Of a DNA stretch of 64,000 nt, positions 34,981 through 44,429 are shown piece after piece. Position 1 is the stretch's first letter, and every line of letters begins with the position of its first letter. The position numbers were made by a program, and so were the translations under genes. This DNA comes from Guillardia theta CCMP2712 (lineage: Eukaryota > Protista > Cryptophyta): positions 608,936 to 672,935 of the forward strand of contig NW_005434647.1 in NCBI RefSeq assembly GCF_000315625.1. The letters are read 5' to 3'. The notes beneath the pieces were generated by a model, which worked only from the letters and a program-made list of their open reading frames with translations, searched no databases and was not told the DNA's origin.

Positions 34981-37900
34981 ATGTTGGGCGCGGGGAAGTT
35001 GCCCTTGAGTGTGTCCCTCCAACTTTTCTGTCTCCTCCTCCTCCAAACAGTCGTCGAATGTTGGAAGTCTGAACCTCTTGTGCGGAGCAGCGCGCACTTG
35101 GTTCAGGGGCATAGCGCTCTCAAGTCAAACCTCTTCGTTGAACCTGTCGGATCACCCCGGCTAGCGTACCAGCAGCTGCCAAACTTGGCGCTGCGAAAGG
35201 CGGAGAATGGGAGGGCGATTGCGATGAAGCCCCGGCAGACTTTCAGGCTGCCTGTGAATCATGCGAGAAGTCGAATGATGCCGTTGCGAATGAGAACGGA
35301 AGCCGACAAGGCAGCGATGTCCCCAGAGATTGACATGCCTTCTCTGGTTTTAGCCCTGGAGAATGGAAATGTTCGCAGCAAAGAAGACCTGGACATGCTG
35401 ATGGCGCGAACACCCCTTCCTGATCATCCCAAGATGGTCACAGGGGTGTTGGACAACGGTCTTCTCTACACCATCTTGCCCAATGGATCTCCTTCAGGAC
35501 GGTTCGAGTGCCACTTGCAGATCAAGGCTGGTTCTGCTGATGAGACGGTGGAGCAGCAGGGGATGGCTCACATGTGCGAGCACGTGTCTTACATGGGGAG
35601 TCGCAAGCGTGAGAGGCTGTTTGGCACAAGCTCGCAGACGAATGCTCAGACAGACTTTCATCAAACGGTCTATTGGGCTGCCTGCCCAACCTACCGGCCC
35701 ACCACAGGAAAGCCGATGCTTCCACAGGCTCTGGATGCGTTACTTGATGTGATCGAGGCGAGATTTGATAACAATCGGGTAGAGAAAGAGAGATCTGCCA
35801 TTCTGTCCGAAGCAGCCATGGTGAACACGATTGATTATCGTGTAGAGGTTCAACTTCTGTCAGCCTTGCATGCTGAGAACAGGTTGAGCAAGAGGTTTCC
35901 AATCGGTCTCATCAACCAGATCCAATCCTGGACTACTGACCAAATTCAAGCGTTCCACACAGCTCACTATCGCCCGAATAATGCTCACCTGTTTGTCATC
36001 GGAGACATCAACCCGTTCGAGGCGGAGGACTACATCAAGTCCATGTTCAGCCACCTTCAGGCCAGAGACCCTCCCAAGTATCTCCCCTCGGAAGGAGTGG
36101 ATGAGATCAGTCTCAAGACCAAGAACCCTTACTTCCCTCCCATCAATCATCAGTGGTGCGGAGAGAAGCGCTTCGGACAAGATGGACTCCCTCCTGTTCA
36201 CATTTATCAGCACGAGCTCGTTCAGGCTGCCTCCATCCACATCTTCGCCAAGTTCCCTGTGACGGAGATGAAGACGCTGGCAGACTATCGCGAGTCCTTC
36301 ATCAAACGTCTTGTAGTTGTTGCCATGCAGGTTCGGCTCAACGTCTACGCTCGCGGTGACCCCATTGCCATGGCCGAGTTCAGCTACCTGGACTCGCCCA
36401 GAGAAGGATGTGCTGTCTGTGCTCTGGACATGACGGCGAATCCTCTAGCTTACCAGAAGGCCATCGCCATTGCCGTTAGGGAGATCAAGCGCATGGCCGA
36501 GCATGGTCTCTCTGAGTCAGAGTTCCAGCGATGCATCTCAGCTCTTCTCTCCGACAGTTCCCAGCTGGCAGCACAGGGAGATCGGTTGTCAAACCCCGAC
36601 CAGCTGCAGTTCTTGATGGAAAGTGTGTCCTGCGGGCACACGTTCATGGATCCCGAGCAGCTGCTGTTTGCTACTGAGCTAGTGGCCAAGACGCTGAGCA
36701 TCGAGGAGGTCAACGAAGTGGCAAAAGACATCTGCTCGCACCTTGCCAATTTTGGAAGCCCTGGGGCCCCGATCCCATCATCGATAGTTCTCTGTGCCCC
36801 CAAGGACATCAGTGTGAGCGAGAACGAGATCCTGGACTCTTTCTTGGAGGCAGCGAAGCAGGACGTGGAAGCCTCTGATGATGTTCTAGTCCCGAAGACT
36901 CTCATCACCAGCGAGTACATCTCGAAGAGAGTCGCCGACTTCCCTCCCTCCTTCGACAGGATGAAGGATGAGAACGTTGACAAGAGCTTCGAGGTTGGAG
37001 TGATCACCCGCCAGCTCAGCAACGGCATCTTCCTCAACTATCACCCCAACGATGCTGAGTCACAGCGAGCGTACCTCCGCCTGACGATCCCTGCTGGCCG
37101 CATCGATGAGCTGGGGATGAAGCTGGGGTCTATGCACGTGGGAGTCAGGACGCTGCAGGAGGGAGGAGCGATGCTTGGCCTGAAGAGGGAGCAGGTCGAA
37201 TTGTTCTGTGTGGACCACCTGATCATGGCCGAGTTCTCTTGCTCCGAGGAGCTCATATGGATGGACTTTATCTTCCCGACCTCGAAGGTGACGGAGGGCG
37301 AGGACGAGATCACGGGCCTGGAAGGAGTGATGCAGATCCTGCATGCTCTGGTCTCAAAGCAGCTCTTGTGGGAGGAAGATGCGTTCGAGCGAGCGAAACA
37401 ATCGTTTGTGCAGACGTTTGCGCAAGTGAGCAAGAACCTCGAAGCGGCATCGGCGGAGTATCTTCTCGGCAGCATGTGCAAGCAAGACGGCAGATTCACT
37501 TGCGTCCCTCCCGAAGACATCGAAAAGCTGACTCTAGAAGACGTGAAGCAAGCTGTCAATCAGTTCCTAACCACTGACAACGTAGAGATCTCTATCTCCG
37601 GTGACTTCGACCCCAAGGTCATGGACATGCTCGCCCTTCAGTACCTCGGTACCGTCCCTCCGAGCAAGCAGCCGGCTCGACAGTCTCCCAGCATCCCCCT
37701 GGCCTCCACCCCAGCTAAGGACCTCTTCTTCGAGATCTCCGACTCCGACCCTCGTGCTGTCGCCTACGTCGCTGGAACGGCTCCGAATCGCTGGGGTGTG
37801 ATGGCGGATGGCGAGGTGGCGCTCGCCGACGCCCCGGCACGGGCCAAGGAGCAGACGTCGGGCAGCCTGAGGAGCATGCTGATGCGTCCGCTCAAGGAAA

Positions 37901-38523
37901 AGTTGGGATACGGGACCAAGACTGAGATGCCCGACGGCCGTGACTACCGGTCCCACCCCCTGTACCAGTGCGTGACGCTGCAGATCCTTCAGGAGGTGCT
38001 CAACCGCCGTCTCTTCACCGTCGTGCGAGAGCGAGAGCGACTGACCTACGACGCCAACTTCCATCTTACGGGCTTCGAGCGCGTCAAGGGAGGATGGTAC
38101 CTGGTGACTGTGACCGCGAAGCCGGAGCTGGCAGAGAAGGCGCTGGAGGCGTGCAAGAGGACGCTGCACTCGGTCAAGTCGTGGGACCCGATCACGATCG
38201 ACAACATCCGATCTGCTGCCTACGAGCTGGTGTCGAAGCATCAGGGAGGGCTGCAGACCAACCGCTACTGGGTGGACCTCATGGCTGGCATCCAGCTGGA
38301 CGCGATCCCCAACAAGGACATCAGCTACATCTCCGACTTCGTGCCAATGGTGCAGTCGATCCAAGTGTGGGACGTGCAGAGCATGATGGAGCACCTGTCG
38401 ACCGACCGGGATGGCATGTGGACGTGCATCGGAACTAGCGGGCACACCCAGGGAGGGGCTGACTCTGAAGAGAGCGACATCCATGGACACTCCATGCCGG
38501 GGATAGGAGCAGGACGAAGGTGA
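34981..38523 (+). CDS. SPP: Plastid stromal processing peptidase (M16 metallopeptidase) with bipartite presequence; intronless coding region
   Basis: GVLDNGLLYTILPN..RFECHLQIKAGSADE..QGMAHMCEHVSYMGSRKRE (HxxEH); NAQTDFHQTVY; RFPIGLINQI; VLNRRLFTVVRERERLTYD; NRYWVDLM. Signal peptide LQLFCLLLLQTVVEC followed by W. Confidence 0.92.
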   Translation: MLGAGKLPLSVSLQLFCLLLLQTVVECWKSEPLVRSSAHLVQGHSALKSNLFVEPVGSPRLAYQQLPNLALRKAENGRAIAMKPRQTFRLPVNHARSRMMPLRMRTEADKAAMSPEIDMPSLVLALENGNVRSKEDLDMLMARTPLPDHPKMVTGVLDNGLLYTILPNGSPSGRFECHLQIKAGSADETVEQQGMAHMCEHVSYMGSRKRERLFGTSSQTNAQTDFHQTVYWAACPTYRPTTGKPMLPQALDALLDVIEARFDNNRVEKERSAILSEAAMVNTIDYRVEVQLLSALHAENRLSKRFPIGLINQIQSWTTDQIQAFHTAHYRPNNAHLFVIGDINPFEAEDYIKSMFSHLQARDPPKYLPSEGVDEISLKTKNPYFPPINHQWCGEKRFGQDGLPPVHIYQHELVQAASIHIFAKFPVTEMKTLADYRESFIKRLVVVAMQVRLNVYARGDPIAMAEFSYLDSPREGCAVCALDMTANPLAYQKAIAIAVREIKRMAEHGLSESEFQRCISALLSDSSQLAAQGDRLSNPDQLQFLMESVSCGHTFMDPEQLLFATELVAKTLSIEEVNEVAKDICSHLANFGSPGAPIPSSIVLCAPKDISVSENEILDSFLEAAKQDVEASDDVLVPKTLITSEYISKRVADFPPSFDRMKDENVDKSFEVGVITRQLSNGIFLNYHPNDAESQRAYLRLTIPAGRIDELGMKLGSMHVGVRTLQEGGAMLGLKREQVELFCVDHLIMAEFSCSEELIWMDFIFPTSKVTEGEDEITGLEGVMQILHALVSKQLLWEEDAFERAKQSFVQTFAQVSKNLEAASAEYLLGSMCKQDGRFTCVPPEDIEKLTLEDVKQAVNQFLTTDNVEISISGDFDPKVMDMLALQYLGTVPPSKQPARQSPSIPLASTPAKDLFFEISDSDPRAVAYVAGTAPNRWGVMADGEVALADAPARAKEQTSGSLRSMLMRPLKEKLGYGTKTEMPDGRDYRSHPLYQCVTLQILQEVLNRRLFTVVRERERLTYDANFHLTGFERVKGGWYLVTVTAKPELAEKALEACKRTLHSVKSWDPITIDNIRSAAYELVSKHQGGLQTNRYWVDLMAGIQLDAIPNKDISYISDFVPMVQSIQVWDVQSMMEHLSTDRDGMWTCIGTSGHTQGGADSEESDIHGHSMPGIGAGRR

Positions 38524-38821
38524 GGCAAACAGGCTGAGGAGGGAGATGCTGACCGGATCTGCAGGACGCCTATCCTGTAACTTTGCGGGAACCTTGCTCT
38601 CTCTCTCTCTCTCTCCTCGGGGATACTCTGCTTTTATTGATTCACGACTTCCAAAATTTTCTGTTCTCCTTTTTGAGCTGACAGCTAAAGATAAACCTTG
38701 ACAACTTGTGACGATGGAATCCGCTGCAGCAACATCGAACCTGAGCTCCCCCTACTGACCAACACCACACCTCTTGACCTGGTTGACACTCCCAGCAGCA
38801 GTCCAGCTGCGATCTGTGAGA

Positions 38822-40459
38822 TCAGCAAAGAAAGCCACGTGCAACCTGGTCACTGTGGAGCGTGGAGCTCTGCAATGACATCGATGGCCCTTCACTTGCT
38901 AGCAAAGGTTGACATGGACGAGGGAGTGGGAGCGGGTAGTATTGTGTAGCGGAGGTTAGCAGCGACTGTCCTCTCCCCTCAGCAGCTTCCTGCGTCCCGG
39001 TGCCTGCCATGATGTAGGTGGAGGCCGTCGAGTGTTGGGAACTCCTCTGCTCCCCTTGAATCCTGCTCCAAGTCTTCACCCCCTCTCCCGCTGCTGGACA
39101 CTTGCCTCGTCGAGCAAGGCTCATCGTCCATGCCGCATGCAGCGACTTGAGCCACTCGAAGATGGTGGGGGTGTCGGAGCTCCCGAAGACGAACCTCCTC
39201 CGCTCAGTCTCGATGTTGATGGTGAGAACCTGCTGTTCCCGGGACATCGAAATGTCCTTCACCTCCATGAGAGCGATCCTGCACTTGATGATGTTCCGCA
39301 AGTTCGACTTGCCACGGTTGTACAGGATCTCATTCTGGTCTACCGCACACCAGCGCCTCTTGAAAGCTCCCGACGAGCATTTCTTGAGCAGCCAGCCCTC
39401 TCGCAGCTTCGCCGGCTCCCCCTGATTCTGAGCACCACGTGAGGGCTGGTTTGTCTTGACGCCCTCGCTGCCTTGGAAGGGAGAGACGAAGGTGCTGGGG
39501 TTACAGCTGATGATAACCGTCCTGTCCGTCGAGATGTTTCCTGCCCCCACCCCCGCACACCCTTGCGGGTTCTCCCTTTCGTAGGATGGCAGAGCCATGT
39601 GAAGCTCCTCTTCCTTTGCGCACGCGGAGAGCTGAGTGCTGTAGATGCTCTCTGCTGCCATGCTCCAGCTGTCGCAATGCTGCTGGTGCATCAGGACAGG
39701 CTTCACAACCTCCATGCTGCACATAGCAGGGTTCACTTCATGGAGGGTGAGCGCGGCAAGAGGCCTCCTTTGACTGCTGCGGTCTTGCTGCAGGATGACG
39801 TTGTTCTGGTACCAATTCTCTTTGTCAATGTTCAACTCGCTGCTGGCATGCGGGAAAGTCGTGTATATGTGCGGCGATACGTTCCTTCTCGTATGGCTGG
39901 CCCGTTGCCGGCCGCTGGAACTGTAAAGAGGCGACTGGACGAACATGTCTTGGTTGTTGCTGACATCAGTTGCAGCACTCGTCTTGAGCCCGTCGTCTCC
40001 TGCTGTTTCATCTTGTTTCACCGCAGCATAGCACTGCATGCACAAGGAATCAATGTCATGGCATGTTCACACCATTCGCAAGTTGGCCATTCACGTGACT
40101 AGCAGAGGATGTGTCTAGGACTAGTGAGTGGCATCGGTTGCCCTTTCTTTTTCAGCTACTCTAAGTGTAGCTCATCATTCATTGACTTCCTCCTCTCCTC
40201 ATCTCACGACCTCAACCTCGCAGCATGAGATCCTCTTAGCAGACAACCGCGATGCTCAGAGGCTACGCTATGCTACTATTGCCTGAGCTTCAATGATTTA
40301 TGCAAGTTTCAAGCTTATTAGTGGGTTACTTACCATGGGACAGAGTCGCATGCTCCTTCCTCCAGTACTGATCGCCATCAGCAGCCTGTCCTCTTCTTCG
40401 CACAGCCAGCATGCTTCTCCGCCCCCCTGGTCCCCCGCCCCATCTCCCGCGCTTGGCAT
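38822..40459 (-). CDS. PH-domain protein with a putative N-terminal CxxC-x19-CxxC zinc finger
   Basis: PH domain: LREGWLLKK..FKRRWCAV..RRFVFGSSDTPTIFEWLKSL. First exon 40459-40334 (GTAAGT donor) joined to 40033 gives CWLC..LCPM|CY. Confidence 0.8.
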
Positions 40460-41071
40460 GGCAAGGCTCGCTTGCCCGAGCGGCCCGTCCCGCCGAGTCC
40501 GAATGTTATCCTAGTCGCGCAATACATTCTAAATAATTTGTTTATTTGTGTGAGCGCGACAATAGTCAAACCCTGTGAATCACAGGTCCGCCCAGCTAGA
40601 GTGGTCAATCGGGAATGTGTTGTAGGACAGCAAAATTTTCCTAGCGAATTTATTTACTTTTGTTTTCATGCCCACTTTTTCAGGATCACTCAGTTGGATC
40701 GAGCCCGCCTCAATGCGAAAAATGTACTCTTATAATATTATAATTTTTACTCTTTTACTCACTACCCAGCAACTTTACTTCTCAGTACCCCCTCCATCAA
40801 TATCAATTTAACCCCTAGTGGATAGCAGTCAAAAAAAAAATCTGAAGGGACATTCTCGGAAGCCTTGGGGGTGGTTAGAGGAGGGGGGGTAGTCAATATA
40901 TATATAAAAAAAACTCTAAGAGCGAAGTGGACAACAGTAGCAGGTAGGGTCCTTGGATACACCGGTACTATTAAGACACTCAGAGGGGTCATGAGAGTCT
41001 TGGACAGGGGGGGTCCTGATGAGTTCAATAGCGAAGTGGGGTTGTGCGAAACAGCGAAGAGGCAAGCAGAA

Positions 41072-41233
41072 ATGCTCACTATCCTTCACGGCGCGGTCTT
41101 CTCCAAGCTCCTTCAGGGCCTTAACGGCTTCGATGGCGACACCTGGGTCTGGTCTGGTCACGATGGTGACTGGATCTACCAGGGAGGTCCTGACACCTCG
41201 GCCGAGCGCCATGAAGTTTACTTCAACCAGTAA
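41072..41233 (+). CDS. Small 53-aa protein MLTILHGAVFSKLLQGLNGFDGDTWVWSGHDGDWIYQGGPDTSAERHEVYFNQ
   Basis: Strong codon bias (all Phe TTC, Tyr TAC, Asn AAC, Gln CAG, Ile ATC), an A-rich ATG context and a TAA stop, in AT-richer flanking DNA. Confidence 0.7.
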   Translation: MLTILHGAVFSKLLQGLNGFDGDTWVWSGHDGDWIYQGGPDTSAERHEVYFNQ

Positions 41234-41870
41234 GTTCATGAAGCCCATCCTGTCGTTGCCTCTGCTGTGCGTACTTGATGGATACCGGGGTTGAAAAAAT
41301 GATAATTGTCTATTTGCTATTGTCTTGATATGTTTCATTAGCCGTAGATAGCTGAAAGTCAAATGAGAATCTTTGAAGGATGTCAGAGCGTGCCTGCGAG
41401 CAAGTTCTATGTACTCAAAACGTTGGGCTGTTGTCCCAGCCTGAATGCAAGCAATCGGGTGTTGGACCATGACCTTTTGGGATCCATATTGTTCAGTTTG
41501 GTCTCTGTGTCGTGGAACATGAGCACTTTACCTTGATTTGTTGTTACGAATGACTTTCGCGGCTACCAAGCAGAATCCGTGCTGATGTGTGTGTAGGTGG
41601 GACGACCTTGATTGCGATCCTGTTTCTTGGCACATCACTGACTGGAAGGGTGATCGCCATCTCAACGGAGCTGACGTGACCGACAAGATTTTCACCACTG
41701 AGCCATGGCAGTTGGCTGTGAACGGCATCTACTAAGCGAATAGCACGTGGGCGTCTGAATTCCATCACACCGCCCTTGTAAAGTGGAGTTCATTTTTTGT
41801 GCTTGCACAGTCTTCTGTTGTGGTTTATACAGCAAGATTTTGTACTCAAAAGTCTCTTTGTTCAAGATAC

Positions 41871-42935
41871 CTAGCGGTTTAGAGTTCGAGTACTAACGTA
41901 ATTCCATGTAAGCCTGGATAATCCACCGACAGCAGGAGCGCCGCAACCGTATACCCAAGCAATCCTGCCAAACGTACGACGTTATGACCCACAATGCTGT
42001 TTCAAACATGAGCATATCTGACCAGAGGGGAATGCCTAACATGTCTGGAGCAGAATATGCGTAGAGGGTCTGTCCAGTCCAGGCTGGCCAAACTTGGAGG
42101 AGAAATACCTCTACCAATGGCCCGCAGAGTCCAGTCACCTAGCAAAAGTCTGACATGTCTGACATCAGATGCGCTGACACGCTCACTATGGACATGATTG
42201 CTCCAGTCCTCGTCCTGTCGAAAATCCACCAGCAAGCAACAGCCGAGATGGCAAGGCTCAGATGGAGGGAAACGTCCTCTACTCCCTGCTGAAACAGCAG
42301 CCCGCTACAGTAATATTGGAAGCAGAAGAATGACACGCCTGCAATTCATGTGGAAGAATGTCACGTCACTCTGTGGTATTCGTTTTTGGTTACGGTACTT
42401 ACATGCCAGAGATTTCGGCGGTGTTGGAACTGAAAGCTCTTCTTCCTTGAAAATCATGTCCAATATTGGGTAAGATATCCCAAGGATGACAGATGCGAGC
42501 GCAAACATGGCAGGAACCCAGTAATCAGTCTCGAAAAGAAAATGGCCGGCGAGTGATATTTGTTTGGGATTCGTGTACTTGAGCACCCCGAACGCGCTGC
42601 ATACCACACATTCACTTGAAGGATCATCGGAGAGCAAGGTCAGACCTGTGGTACCCGTCCAGTTGAGGCCCAAGCATCGCGCCGTATGTCGCCATGGCTA
42701 GGAGGTGATCACGCCACACGCTCACTGTCTGGAAATCTTTGCTCTTGAGTTGCATCGAGACAGATCTCCCTTTAACATGCCTCCGCTGTTCATGCATATT
42801 TGGGAATGCACGCAGAGGAAGCGACCTGCCACTGCTAGGTAGCATGAAAGCTGCTGTTGTTGAAACCCCATGTACTAGGAGCAAAGCAGCGATCGCAAGG
42901 CATATCTGCATGTGTCGTGGAAGGCCTGCAGTCAT
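41871..42935 (-). CDS. INSIG-family (bacterial/algal type) membrane protein with bipartite plastid-targeting signal
   Basis: GAMLGPQLDGYH|SAFGVLKY..ETDYWVPAMFALASVILG..WWIFDRTRTG..GPLVEVFL..LYAYSAPDMLGIPLW|IAWVYGCGAPAVG. Signal peptide ending STTAA followed by FMLP. Confidence 0.8.
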
Positions 42936-44429
42936 TCTGGTTTATTGTCTGGTTTCACTTCACTCTTTCTGAGCGTCTCGGCTACTACTGAGGCATGATC
43001 GCTCTTGCTAGCTCTTGGCCTCCTCGACTCCTCCAGGCTCCCTGCCTCCCTTACATAGGCCGTGCCGCAGCGAATCCCTTTACGACTTTCAGTGATGCGC
43101 CACGGTCGGAACCATTCCGCAGGACGGGCCCGGGACCCTATCGCCGGGCTACCATTGCGGTTACGGCCAAAAGTTAATAACGGTCAGCGTGATGTAGCGA
43201 GACGGTCAGAACTATTAACACGAAAACGCAACGATTCGTTCCCATCCCTGTCAGCTAGTGCACCAAACGCTGCGATTTTCATATCTTCAGATTGAGGGGC
43301 CTTAGAGCCCGGCCCACCTCAGAACTCGCAGTTATCCCAACAAATAGTACCAAAATATTTAGTCAAGATTTGGTTCAGCTCAATTCACGCTCCGTGTGAG
43401 GGGTAGGGTACTCGTGGACCTGAGGTGTAGCGGTCGTAAAGGTGTTTAGTAGGGGTGGCAGGAAGAGAAAGGTGGGGGTCCTTGGTGGACCCTCCCGACC
43501 TTTTAAGTGTGACCGGGTAGGGGGGGTAGACTTCTAAAAGTGTATTTTAAAGGAGGCATCTATTGGCGAAAGTATATCTTTTCGCAAGGTCGTCTGAGGG
43601 ACCTCCTAGTACCCACCCCCCATAGTCGACTACCCATGTGGTGTGACTATCCTGTTGACATCCTCCTACCCTGGCAATTTGTCACCCCTGCATTTTTGAT
43701 GAGGCTACCAGCTCTAGATGATGTATTTACTATATATGAGTATAATTGAAATTGGCATACCATTCATATTGGCTTCTTCTTCATCACCCATCCTTAACAA
43801 ATCAGAAAGAAGGGGTAATAAATGGTACCACACCCTATTCATCGGTAGCTACCCGATTACCTCCACCCCCCTCGGCAACCTCTAAGACTAAAAATCCTCC
43901 ACCATGCCGCTGCCGACCAACCTTTTTCGCATCTTGTTGCTGCTTGTTGGCGTCCCTGTTCTCCTCCCACCCCCTTTCTTCCTCATCTTGGATGTATAGT
44001 TCATGTTCGAGCCCTTCATCTGCTGCCTTTGCTCCCTATCATGGTCTATATCTGCACGAGAACCAAGAGGTCGAAAATTGTTTTATTTTAGTCCTGCGCA
44101 ACGTACTTTCTGTATCTCAATGCGAACAGCGTCAGCGCGCAGACAACCAGTAGAAGAGTCTTCCCACTGTTTGATGGTTGTGTATTCTCACACCCAAGTC
44201 ATCTTTCTTGTATGTTCCCCCTCTCATTGGCTGTACCTGAACGTTTTTGCATGTTTGCTGTTTCTGCTTACCAAAGTACTCCAGCAACGATTTCCCATTC
44301 TTTTTCGTTTTGCATTGATTCTTTTCTTCTTTCACCTTCTCCCCCCCTCATGCAGTATCGTCCCTTCAAGCAAGCGTAGAGCATACCTTTTCCTTCACGC
44401 GATTAGATTCAATTTTTTTTTTTCCACAT

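Noticed and set aside
41400-41770. Short minus-strand ORFs between the 53-aa gene and INSIG
   Set aside because: No codon bias or motif support; cannot be distinguished from UTR.
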